From Octopus sinensis (lineage: Eukaryota), in assembly GCF_006345805.1 (NCBI RefSeq), contig NC_043005.1, forward strand, positions 86,304,001 through 86,368,000: 64,000 nt of DNA, read 5' to 3'. Both the position numbers and the translations under genes were made by a program. Of the stretch, positions 1 through 11,819 are shown piece by piece. The notes below the pieces were generated by a model. The model was given only the letters and a program-made list of their open reading frames with translations, was not told the origin of the DNA and made no database searches. Every line of letters begins with the position of its first letter. The first letter of the stretch is position 1.

Positions 1-819
1 AATTAAAACTTAAAAGAGAAAGTGAGAGACTTTTCAAATGAAAAGGAAATACTCAGCAGTGAACGCAATGAATATTTAAATTAGTGATGGATTGGACGCA
101 TTGAATATTTAAATTTGCGAGAAATTGGAGTTAAATTCAATAAACTCGAGAAATCGAAATTAGAGGAAATTTCTTAGAACATGAATTTATAAAACTATTT
201 TCAGACGGTCAACCCTTAATAGCACTTTTAATAATTGTTACATACCTAATTAATGTGCGCGTTTCTCCATTATAGTATAGAAGCAGGATAGAAAAATGTT
301 TCATGAGACGGGGAGGGGACAGCAAAGCAATTTATAGTAGTTCCATTGGAGATGATATATTACCTTTTAGTGCAACGAAATGGAGGCCCGTGTTTCAATT
401 TCCGAACAGAAACCCATTTTCCATTGTGCACGAGTAACTCTTCATATGAGGGAAACACAAGTCAAAGACAGAGTATCTACCATTTACCTATATGGATTGT
501 AGTGCCCTATATGGATTGTAGTAGTAATCTAGACAAAAAGATGTGACTTTCGTGTGCCGTATAATCGTTTACATTTAATTTTAGTTTCGCATTCTTCGGT
601 GACCAAATATTCTGATAGACATTCCAAGTTATATACAAGCAACTTCATTCAGTCACAAATAAGTTAATGCCGTTGGTGTTCATTCTTCAATATTATAATT
701 AATTGATAGTTGGACGTGTTTCAATTCTAGCATTTTGGTGATTTGGTGATTGTTGTTATTCGGCAGGGGATATCTCCCCATAAGTTTCATCAGTTGAATG
801 TCACAATATCAGTTAGATA

Positions 820-1084
820 TTTACATTATTTACATTTGACGGATATATGTCCCCATCTTTTCGGGATATATTCCCTCCAACCTTCATCTGGTGTCATGGG
901 GAAATTTCGAACCTGGGTTCTCATTCCTAAGGTATTTTTCGCTGTTGCTGTTATTATTATTATTATTATTATTAGTAGTAGTAGTAGTAGTAGTAGTATT
1001 ATCATTATTCAGGTTACAGCTTGGAATCGAACTCGGAATATTGGTGTTTGTAGCCCGCGCTCTTAACCACTACGCCATATGCCC
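820..1084 (-). mobile_element. tRNA-headed SINE-like composite with degenerate hammerhead-like tail
   Basis: Minus strand: A box TGGCGTAGTGG (1067-1077), B box GAGTTCGATTCC (1023-1034), TAA/TAC tract, then CAGATGA...CCGAAA (857-891). Homologous to 15490-15700. Confidence 0.7.
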
Positions 1085-1819
1085 GTAGTTAGATAGCTTA
1101 AAGAAATTTTAAGAAAAAACGGTCCTTGAATCAGAACATATAAGATGAAATAGTCTAATGTTATAGGTAAGTCAATTTTTTTTTCCTTTTCATCCGATTC
1201 TTTCAAATAGTAACAGAAGTTGATCAGTGCCACTGTGCATGTCACCATTCTCTGGAACATACGCAATACAATCATAGAATTTATGTAATGCCTAAGTATT
1301 TTTCAATTTTTTGGTGCTATTCTTGGGTACGACGTTGAAACAAATCTTTAAATCTATTCTTTGAACACGTAACATTACTGATCATCGAATGTTACATTCG
1401 AAATTGTCTGCAGCTGCGTCAAGCGGGGCTTTATTCAATTCTGTATAATCCTACATACGTACATACATACACACTGACACAATCACACACACACTCACTC
1501 GCATATGTATATATAAATATATATATATATATAATGATGATGATGATGATGATGATGACGAAATGGTATGGTGTAAAGCAAATCTCAACATTCCCAGTGG
1601 AACAACCTTTGACTAAAAAGGAATCCAAACAATGATAGCTATTTTAAAGCTTCTACCATCCATGCTTTCTTACAATTAATTTGCATTGCTAATAAGACGT
1701 TTGATGTTTAGTACGTGAGCAGGTAAAAATTTTAGCACGAATTCCATTTTAAGATTTCTTTTTCTTACATTCGTATATATTTTGTCGTGTTATATATACA
1801 TACATTCACCCATTCACCC

Positions 1820-1844
1820 ACACTCACACACACGCACGCACACA

Positions 1845-1911
<67 letters not shown>

Positions 1912-1913
1912 TT

Positions 1914-1948
<35 letters not shown>

Positions 1949-2175
1949 TATAGACAGACAGACAGAGGGGAGAGATATATAGATACATGTATGCATGTAT
2001 ATATATATATATTTGTGTGTGTAAATACAGTACATATATACATACATGCATGTATGTCTATATATCTAAATACATGTGTGTGTGTGTATGTGTGTGTGTA
2101 TGTGTGTGTGTGTGTATGTGTGTGTGTGTGTATGTGTGTGTGTGTGTGTGTGGTGTGTGTGTGTGTGTGTGTGTT
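1820..2175. repeat. Compound microsatellite (CA)n/(TA)n/(GATA)n/(TG)n
   Basis: Directly visible; explains the YI/CV-rich pseudo-ORFs. Similar compound tracts recur throughout the window. Confidence 0.95.
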
Positions 2176-3234
2176 ACTGCGTTACTCTTGGTGGAGAACG
2201 TCAGAAAGTTAGCTTTACATAAAATTACTGTAATTTAACTCTTTCCTAATTTCTTGATGTCTACAGTAAATGGTGGAACAAAGAATGATTTTTAAGAGCA
2301 GTTTCACAAGATTCTGATTTGTATATTTACAATAAGTGTATATTGTTATTTTTCTATATTTCATCAATGTGATTGCAAAATGCTCCTTTGAAAACCTATC
2401 ACTGCAAAATTAAGAATGTATATTTTTCCAAATATTATGAGATATTAATCGTACACCTTTTATATTAACTACCTCCGTGTACCTGTCTCTGTCTCGCTGT
2501 TGGATGGAAAGTATGACTAGAGAACCCACCACCACCACCAACTAACCTGGCAACCAGCCAACCAACGTTTATATCAGCTATCATAAAATAGATTTTCGTT
2601 TTTTTTCTTTTGATTTTGGATACAATACCAGATTTAAAATATGTGATTCTGTTTTCAAAATTATCAGAATTGAATTTAATTTCATAGTGCTTTGACATGG
2701 AGATTGTGATTATGTTTCACTATCGAATTATCGGAAATGGAACAAGGAACACAAGTTCACGGGAAATGTATCAACGTTTTAATATGACAATTATTTTAGC
2801 AACATATAGAGAAGCTTTACAAAATTGCTCATCTTGAACATAATATAATGTGAAACAAAACCAAATTTATCGAAATATCTTATAATTATGATTCCATCCC
2901 AACTTCTGTTTCGTTGCAATGTGTTGCATTAGAACTCTCCCAAACGGCCAGTTTTGAGCTGGTAATCACCGTTTAATGGCACCTCGTATAGAGTATTGTT
3001 TATATTAATTGATAACTTAAACAGAAGTAATAATATATGTAGTGTAGTAAGAGACAGAATCTATTGTGTCGGTCCTTACTAATCGGAGAGTGAGTAGGTG
3101 GGAACAATCGATTTTATCGACCGCATTACTTTCATGTTATGTTGTTGGTCAAAATGAGAAGACGAAATCATTAATTTCATTTTATCTGTCACCGAATTAG
3201 AAAACAAAACTTCTAAAAATGTCTAACTAAATCA

Positions 3235-3480
3235 TCCTTTCAACAAAGGCCTAAGATCCGAAATCTTGAAGGAGAGGAAAGTCAATAACATCTACCGCAA
3301 CTGGTACCTCGTTCATCAAACCCGAAAGCATGAAAACCCACGCCGACATCAAGGGAATTTTAAACCAGAACATTACGATAGACAAAATGCTGATCAGCAT
3401 TTTGTCGATCGTGCACATCGTCGTGACTGACAAAATGTACGCCTATCTATCGGTTTGATCCATGCAGCGGTCTGCTCGCT
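3235..3480 (-). mobile_element. Degenerate SINE family A copy
   Basis: Reverse complement aligns by eye to the family-A body/tail (AAATGCT..GCATTT..GTTCTG..AAATTCC..TTTCATGCTTTCGGG..AGGTACCAGTTG) seen in better copies such as 16535-16915. Confidence 0.6.
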
Positions 3481-3519
3481 CTTCGCATTGAAGCTAAGAT
3501 CTATAGTTCATACCTTATG

Positions 3520-3785
3520 CGGCGGGCAAGCAGAAGTATTAGGCAAAAGGCTTGATGTCATTTCGTCTGGTGCAAATTTAGAAGGAAGGAATGTCAAACT
3601 CGTAGCAACTTCCAACTTTGCGCTCTGAGTTGGTAGAATTCCGGTGAAGTCGATTTTTCCTATCGTCCTTTCGATAAAACAAATACCATGTGAGCACAGG
3701 GGTAGATGTAATCCACTTACCCCCAAATTGCTGACCTTTCACTCTGTATGTATAATAAACATTGATTTCAAATTTTGGAAATCAA
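3520..3785 (+). mobile_element. Degenerate SINE family A copy
   Basis: GCGGCGGGCAAGCAGAAG head, GAATTCCGGTGAAGTCGATTTT, GGGGTAGATGTAATCCACTTACCCC tail. Confidence 0.6.
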
Positions 3786-4629
3786 TTTGAAATCCTTATT
3801 TGTAGTATATTTAGAGTCAAGCTTCAATAAGCAAAGCTATGGCGAAAAATGTTTTTTCCTCGTAGCTGTTTCCACTTTTATTTTCAAATATAATTTATCC
3901 TGCATTACAATATTAAGACGTCTGTCTTGTGCAGTTTGGCCTGATTTTGCACTACACCGGCAGATTTCAACTTTTTAATCCAATATTCAAAAGTATTATT
4001 TATAGCTTTATCTAGTTCGGGTTCCATCATTACAAACGATTTATTTGATGTCTTCCGAAGTTTCTGAATTTTTTGATGTAAATGAAATATTATTTAAAAA
4101 CAAACCTTAACAAAATGTTATTTATAACAATATGACGTATGATAATCTAACTAATATTGCTAAGAAGAGCAACTGATACAGAGGTATTAATTGTAAATTT
4201 AAGGAACAAAACTAGGCAGCTAACACAGGCATACGCGCACACACGCATAAACACATCGTGAGGTAGTTTGTAATGGGGAAAAACAATTACAGAAGGGATG
4301 AGCTAAAGAGAATTTACACGTGCAATTAAAATCTAAAATGTAATAAATCAGGTGACGAAGAAGGGAATATGTCACAGAAAATTTTGTCAATATCAATTTT
4401 GGATACCACACATTATATGTAATTTGGTAAATTCACAGATATAGAGCCTTTAGAAAATTAATCTTTGTGTCTTATACGCCGTTTTCACGATGGTTTTAAG
4501 TTACTCTGTCAGTATTAATGCAAATATGGATCTTCTTACCAACCACATGGCATCTACACAACGCTCTATACAGCACTTTCCTTATAAAAGGAGATCACAA
4601 TTTCATCCTTCATCATAATGGGAGGGGCC

Positions 4630-5035
4630 AAGCTACCTACCATACAGCCACTCCTGCACCTATCTAAATATCTATATCTATAGGGATTCTTTCAGTTTCC
4701 ATCTACGAAATGCACTACACACTAGGCTTTGGTCGGCAATGCAACAATAAAAGACACCTGTCCAAGGTGCTACGCAATGCGACTGAACCTGCACCTCTGT
4801 TGTCGTGAAGGAAGCTTATTTAGTTATTCATTTTATTCTTTTATTATTTTACTTGTTTTAGTCATTGCAGCCATGCTGGAGCACCACCTTTAGCCGAGCA
4901 AATCGTCCCCAGGACTTATTCTTTGTAAGCTTAGAACTATCGGTCTCTTTTGCCGAATTGCTATTGTTAAGGGGACGTAAATGCACCAACATCGGTTTTC
5001 AAGGCATTGTTGGGGCGGGGGACAAAGACAGACAC
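4630..5035 (-). mobile_element. SINE family B, rearranged head and tail halves
   Basis: CACAGCCACTCCTGC, TTTCAGTTTCCATCTAC, GGCTTTGGTCGG and GCCATGCTGGAGCACC, GGTCTCTTTTGCCGAA match the reverse complement of 48197-48618. Confidence 0.8.
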
Positions 5036-5131
5036 AAATATAGATATATACATATAGATATATACATACACACACATATATATGTATATATATTTTTCTT
5101 TCCTTTTTTCTCGCCTTGCTTTTCTATGTCC

Positions 5132-5167
5132 CTTTCTGTAGAAGAGCGTAGGCTCGAAACGTAAAAG
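5132..5167 (+). ncRNA. Minimal hammerhead-like motif with non-canonical core, in a PLE pLTR-like repeat (~5090-5265)
   Basis: cttt-CTGTAGA-A-GAGC(gtag)GCTC-GAAA-C-GT-A-aaag: stem I cttt/aaag, stem II GAGC/GCTC, palindromic ACGT stem III, GUA triplet. Second copy at 26686-26722. Confidence 0.55.
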
Positions 5168-5268
5168 ACTTTTTCTTTTCCTGAGCGTTATACTAATACA
5201 TCTGTGTGTTTTGTACACCACCTGTTTTCGTCTTTTGTTTTCGTTTTCGTAAACTCTCCCTATATATT

Positions 5269-5858
5269 AGAAATATTAAATTTCTAAATGTCTCAAAGAA
5301 CGAGCGGTGGTGGAGCGATAGAATGGTTGTATACTGTCAACATAACGTGACAGTCTCGTAAGCACCCCTTGCCTCGCCTTCGCAAATATAAGGACACAGG
5401 AAAAGTGTCAAAGCCGACAGGAAGCGTCGATGTTTCCTAGGGCTAAACAGCGGTGGTGTAATTCCCTTACGGGAATGTCACGTTATGTTGACATTATACA
5501 ACCACTCTATCGCTCCACCACCGCTCATGTCTCTGAGACATTTAGAACTTTAATATTTCTGATTACGGTGACCAGTGAATAGATTTCACTGTAAATATAT
5601 ATATTTGCGAAGGCTAGACAGGCGTCTCAACCAGCAGGTCTCACTATCCTGGGCTGATGACGGGTTAAGACCCAGAAACATGCATGTCCTCAGGTGTGAA
5701 TCCTAACGGGTGGGGGTGCTTGCCTCCCCTTCACAAATATAAGGACACAGGAAATGTGTCAAAGCCGACAGGAAGCGTCGATGCCTCCTAGGGCTAAACA
5801 GCGGTGTGTAATTCCCTTACGGTACTGTCACGTTATATTGACAGTATACAACCACTAT

Positions 5859-5895
<37 letters not shown>
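5269..5895 (+). mobile_element. Retrozyme-like / non-autonomous PLE-like tandem element R1 (~351-bp unit)
   Basis: Direct repeat ~5365-5505 vs ~5718-5860 (AGGACACAG at 5391 and 5742), HHR between the copies, inverted copy at the 5' end, ends in (TA)n 5861-5895. Confidence 0.65.
5648..5694 (+). ncRNA. Type I hammerhead ribozyme motif
   Basis: cctggg-CTGATGA-c-gggt(taag)accc-a-GAAA-catgcat-GTC-ctcagg: stem I cctggg/ctcagg (one G-U), palindromic stem III ACATGCATGT, GUC triplet at 5686-5688. Confidence 0.8.
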
Positions 5896-5897
<2 letters not shown>

Positions 5898-6464
5898 ATT
5901 AAAATCTTAAGGTACCAAGAATATTCATCGAAAAATTCTTAGTTACTAGAGGTCTAGCGAGAAAGAAAAAATTAGTCAATAGACTATATATTATTCAGAG
6001 AAGAATACAGTGTACGTTCAAACAAAAAAGAGATACCCGAAGAATAGGATATCTGACTCGCTAAAAAGAGCAGTTAAAACTCCAAGCCACCAAAATGACT
6101 ATAGGTTCTAATGTTTTTTGGCTAATTCTGGAAGATAATCGGCAATTTATTCCTTAGTGTTGGTGAGTTCCGCTTCTGCGCGGTAGATTCGAAAAGAATT
6201 AGAATCTATAGCCACGTGGCGGGTTATTTATCGCTCCGTGCCGATGTCTTCAGTCCTGGCAACCTACTGAAGAAGCAGCGCCAGATATAGGCTGAGGTTA
6301 TTTTATTTCAATCTGTATTTAAGTCCGCAGAAACCTTGCAGGGTCTAGGATTAAGGTAAAAGTTTTTATTTTTCAGTCACTTTCGGAATTACAACAATTG
6401 GTGGCTTGGAATTTTGACTGCTCTTTCTAGCGAGTCAGATATCTTATTCTTCGGGTATCTCTTT

Positions 6465-6529
<65 letters not shown>

Positions 6530-6533
<4 letters not shown>

Positions 6534-6700
6534 GATGGGCTTCTTTCTGTTTCCGTCTACCAAATCCACTCACAAGGCTTTGGTCGGTCTGAGGCTATAG
6601 TAGCAGACACTTGACCAAGGTGCCACGCAGTGGGATGAGAACCTGGAAACATGCGGTTGGGAAGCAAGCTTCTTACCTCATTCCCACTCCAGCGCCTATT
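6530..6700 (-). mobile_element. SINE family B head
   Basis: CCGTCTACCAAATCCACTCACAAGGCTTTGGTCGG...CCAAGGTGCCACGCAGTGGGA matches the reverse complement of 48197-48365. Confidence 0.85.
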
Positions 6701-7149
6701 TATTGAAAAATCTTAATTTCCGTTGCTGAGAGTGCAGGAATCCGAGAAATTGTTTCATGAAATTGCGGCTGCATAGTAATATTCTTCCATTTAAAGTTAC
6801 GTGCTGAAAAAAAACCCTCAGAAAAAAAAAAAACAGAAAACCCCTGTCATGTAAGCTTCAGAATGAGGAGAATTGTGTGAAATTTTTCTCATAATTCGGA
6901 TACTTCGTAAGGACATACACTTAAAAATGCTGTATTTACCGTAAAACTTAAAATCATGGAAATATGTCAATATTTATTTAATATATGATGTGTGTAAACG
7001 CATATGTATATCTTTGTGTGACGTTGGGCATGCAGATGTGTGCGCGTGTTTGTTTTCGTGTATTTATTTGTAGATGTTTTTTTTTCTTGTGGCTGTGTAA
7101 AAATAATGTTGATATTTATGAGGTGTCAGTTTATATCCCATAACATAAC

Positions 7150-7467
7150 AGTCAACATGACGATAAGATATTAAGATATATGACGTATTGAAATATGTTA
7201 TACCCCACCCCCACACACACACATGCAAATACATATATATATATATTTATATGTATACATAAACACACACACATACACACATATATATATATACATGCAT
7301 ATATATTTATATAAATATATATATACATGTGCATAGTAAGAAACACACACTCAGGCATGCGTATAACCATGCATGCTTATGTGTGTGTGTATATATATAT
7401 ATATGCATATGCATATGCACACACATACGTAACGTACATGTATACATACATACATATATATATATAT

Positions 7468-7504
<37 letters not shown>

Positions 7505-7584
7505 ATACATATATATATACATACATACGTATATATATATATACATATATGTGTACATGAGCCTGTCTTTATACACACATAAAC

Positions 7585-7667
<83 letters not shown>

Positions 7668-7670
7668 TAT
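7150..7670. repeat. Compound microsatellite ending in a long (GATA)n tract
   Basis: Directly visible; (TAGA)n at about 7585-7665. Confidence 0.95.
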
Positions 7671-8146
7671 AGATTGCGGTATGATTTCATACAGACATAA
7701 AGATATTATAACAAGCGCTCAAATACACACATGCATGCACAGAGCAGTTTATTAGAATGTGAGAATGTATTTGAGTGTATTACTGCGTATCATTGTTATA
7801 ACTATAAATATAGAGAGACGAATATATGAATATCAGTTCAACGCTCCATAATTCTGTTGTTCCTTGTCATTTCTAAACCAACACCGGCATGATTTCGACA
7901 GTTGCTCTCCGGTTAATACACTGTTTGTTTCTAGGATATTTGTGATACAAATATTCCTGGCATTTGACAACAGTGTTTTATATCGAGTCGACTGTTTATT
8001 TTAAAAAGAAAACGAAAAATAAATATCCATACATAGAAAAACACATAGCTATAAAGATATACACATACAAAATCGTTCAAGTATACGTACATAGAAATAC
8101 TTGCATATAAATAGATAAATGCGCACAGATATGCATTTATTTATAT

Positions 8147-8232
<86 letters not shown>

Positions 8233-8344
8233 ATGTATGTATGTATGTATGTATGTATGTATGTATGTATGTATGTATGTATGTATGTATGTTTGTATGT
8301 ATGTATGTATGTATATATGTATGTATGATGTATGTATGTACGTA

Positions 8345-9354
8345 TTGGGTTGGCAAATAAGTTCCCGCTGTTTTTTTTTTAATTTTGGAATTTATTGCAT
8401 TTTAAATTTTGGAATCTACTTTTTTCGAGAATTCTGTTTTTGAATCATTTTCGAATCTATTTTCTTTCTAGCTAATTTTAGTTAATTTTTGTTTATTTTC
8501 AAATCATTAAAATGAAATGTCAAGTTAAGACAAATGAGCCTTTTCGACATCTCCTTCTCTTTGCTTTTAATCAAGGTTCTAAGGCCGCAAAAGTTGCTCG
8601 CGACATTTGTGCAATGTATGGAGAAGGATCCATAGCTGAAAGAACCGCTTGTGATTGGTATGTCAAGTTCAAAAATGGAAATTTTGACCTCAAAGACGCA
8701 CCTCGTTCTGGCCGTTCAGTTGAGTTCCGTCAAACGACAAGGGAACTGTCAGAGAAAATGGAATGTTCACACACTGTTGTAGAGAAGCATGTTCACTCGA
8801 TGGGAAAGATTCAGAAGTATGGAATATGTGTTCCGCATGCTTTAAGTGACAACAACAAAAATCAATGAGCCACAATCTCCACTGGTTTGTTTGCTCGTCA
8901 CCGCTCAACTCATTGACACAAGCAACGATTTCTTTACCGAATCGTTACTGGCAACGAAAAATGGTGCCTGTACATCAATATGAAGCAGCATAAGGAATGG
9001 CTTAGCCCCGGTAAACAAGCGACACCGCACGTGAAACAAGATCTTCATCCGCGTAAAACAACGTTGTGCGTATGGTGGGACTGGGAAGGGATTATCCATT
9101 ACGAATTGCTTGAACGGAACCAAGAAGTTAACGCGGAACTCTATGTTCAACAGATGGAACGACTCAACACGGCTATTCAAGAGAAAAAACCTAATCGTCA
9201 GCATGGAGCACTTCTGCTGCACGACAACACCCGCCCTTATAACGCCAATATGACCAAGGAAGCTATTCAAACGCATGGCTGTGAAGTGCTGTCACACCTG
9301 CCATTCTCTCCTGATTTGGCACCAACGGATTTCCATATCCTTCGATCTCTTTGA
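8345..9354 (+). mobile_element. Mariner transposon, defective, 3'-truncated (mellifera-subfamily-like)
   Basis: TA + TIR TTGGGTTGGCAAATAAG at 8343; ORF from 8512 MKCQVKTNEPFRHLLLFAF..PRSGR, CVPHAL (WVPHEL), IVTGNEKW, LLLHDNTRP, FSPDLAPTDFHILRSL; in-frame stops after 8865; no right TIR seen. Confidence 0.93.
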
Positions 9355-9836
9355 AATCTAATGATAGGGCACAGAAAGTGTGTCAATAGCCAGCTGGAGA
9401 AGATGTTCTCCTGGGGCTACAAGCTACAGTAGCATCCACCCTTAGTGGTTAACCACATTTAAGCGTCAAATATACTTCATGTTGTCGTGCAGCTACTTTT
9501 TATACCTCATTCAGAGATTTATTATTGCTTGTTTACACTTTTACGAGATCAGTGACGTTTCGTCACTGCAAAAAAGATATATGGATTTGCATTGGGACCT
9601 CTTCGCATCGAAGACCGGTGATAGTCGTACGCTGACGACTGGTAAATACCCAGAAACTCAGATCCGTGCGTATCACGTCAGGTCGACGATGGGAAGGATG
9701 GCTTCCCTATGCAAATACTGATAGGACGCAAAAAGTTTGTCAATAGCCAGCTGGAGATGTTCTCCTGGGACTACAAGCTACAGTAGCATCAACCCTTAGT
9801 GGTTAGCCATATATGTAAGTGGAAAATATACTTCAC

Positions 9837-9890
<54 letters not shown>
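9355..9890 (+). mobile_element. Retrozyme-like tandem element R2 (~357-bp unit), homologous to R1
   Basis: Direct repeat ~9362-9480 vs ~9718-9838 (GTCAATAGCC at 9382 and 9739), HHR-like motif between the copies, ends in (TA)n 9839-9890. Confidence 0.65.
9618..9676 (+). ncRNA. Degenerate type I hammerhead motif
   Basis: gtgata-gtc-gtacg-CTGACGA-c-tgg(taaatac)cca-GAAA-ctcag-ATC-cgtgc-g-tatcac; stem I gtacg/cgtgc extended by gtgata/tatcac; stem III is mismatched. Confidence 0.6.
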
Positions 9891-9893
<3 letters not shown>

Positions 9894-10230
9894 CATACTA
9901 CCACCGATATATCCAGTCCAGCGTGTCGTGTTTTTTTACTTCTTTACTGTCTTAATCAGCTTCGAATTTTGTGAATTCTGTCTTAAATGACCATACATAA
10001 CTAAATATTATAATGAGACCCACCTTATTTGTTGTGTTGTACTTATAATGTATATTAGTATTAGACATATAACATTAATGCTGAGGAAGTTATGTTTGCA
10101 AGATGCCACGCAATATGTAATTACATCCAACAGCACTACAAAATTGTTATCACCACTTTTATATATCTGCGTGTCTATATATATACATACATATGTGTAT
10201 GTATTTTTATACACATATGTGAACATACAT

Positions 10231-10474
10231 TTTGAATAGGTGCTGAAAATTTCCTGGCTCCAAGCGTATCACAAAGGCCTGGATAGAGGCTCAACCTGCT
10301 GTATTCCTTTACAGAGCTTAGAAATAAGCTCTGTAAAGGAATACAGCAGGTTGAAGAACTCTTGTAATAAGGGTATGAATCTGGGACGGGAATTTGTTGC
10401 ATAACATCATAATTAATTGATTCACTTGTATTTTCGTTTATCCTAGGCTAGGAACTTTTAAGCACCCTCTCTTA
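10231..10474. mobile_element. Mariner-type MITE
   Basis: Imperfect TIRs: GGTGCTGAAAATTTCCTGGCT (10239-10259) vs the reverse complement of 10445-10466, GGTGCTTAAAAGTTCCTAGCCT; no coding capacity. Confidence 0.7.
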
Positions 10475-11819
10475 TGGTCTTGATGAGCTTCATATGTCTT
10501 CCACTTGAGGCCTTTAAAATAATTGACAATGAATTATGAAGATTGATTTAAACGGATGTGCATCTGTTAGAAAATATTGTTTCCTTGCGGTCATGCTAGA
10601 ATTCATCATCGCTCAAAGATGAATGATGGTCTCAAAAATCAAACAGTAGAGCTCTTGAAGAAATAATCTGTAATATTAAGATACATATCTCTTAAATTTA
10701 TGTGCAGTTGCCTTCAAATCTTGGTTTAGTGAATTTGCCCCTTTAGAACAGAATCATCTCTGAAACAAGCATTATTCAAACGATCTAATTGACCACACAT
10801 CCTGCTTAAAACTCCTACACTCTTAGTTAAGTCCAATTGTACAACAACAAAAATTCTAGAAGGGAAAATGTACTGGTGTATATCACGGCTTGTAATTCAG
10901 ATAAATATAAGCAGTAAAGATTAAGGGAAATGCCATAGTATTTCTCTTGTAAATATTTATATAAACCTTCAGGAAGCGATACGATTTACTATCTAGTTAA
11001 GAAATATCGGGATTTAATGCATTGCTAAGAATAATAGGTGATTCTCCCTGGTTACTTTTCCGGAAAGACAAGCTAAATGATTGTAAAGTAAGAAGCATTA
11101 TTGCAACACTCTACGTTCGTTGCCGAGGATCTCGGAACCATTTTGCCTCTGTAATATTTATCCTGACTCTACGGGCAGCATCCATATTTAGCCCCGACAT
11201 ACATACACACACAAGTGCCCCACCGCACACACACACACAGCCAGACATATGTATTTATGTGAAGGGCTCATATTTTCTTTTAAATATACAATGTTAAAAA
11301 CGCAGTTAGGAACCAGTTTGGCCTTTTATAACAAAGGATATTTTTTATAACTCATCATGAGTATTCGATATTCTTGTTGAAATCATAAACTTATTAATCT
11401 CTGTATTTCGCTTTTAAAATCTTATTCGTGATGTCAGCTAAGTGAAGTATTTCTTTCTGTCGGTTTAAATGCTGGTTTGAAGGAGATTCATTGGAACACG
11501 GTTTGAAGACGCACAACATTGTAGGCATATTTGGAATATTCTCCATTAACGCCAAATGTTATTGTTATTGTTGCCATTATTCTTTAGCCCTAGGACCGTC
11601 AAGATTAAACAGGCAAATGATCAAAATTATTTCAGCACAGACCTCTCTGTTCTTTCTCAAACAGCTACGCAATATGAGGTATATTAATAAAGGTATCCTT
11701 TTATTTTAGATGCTAGGGTCGGCTTCCAGCATTATTTGACTCTCATTTCTTGCCGTTAAATGATGCTCAGTTGCAATCACTTTTGTCTTCTCGTCTTTTA
11801 GAATGGTACATTGTATGTG

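Noticed and set aside
755-795. Minus-strand CTGATGA..GGGGA(ga ta)TCCCC..GAAT hammerhead-like motif
   Set aside because: GAAT instead of GAAA, and no stem I or stem III could be closed.
3230-3430. Protein-looking plus frame (HPFNKGLRSEILKERK..) and 26-bp palindrome at 3381-3406
   Set aside because: It is the antisense of a decayed family A SINE; the palindrome falls on that SINE's own AAATGCT/AGCATTT hairpin.
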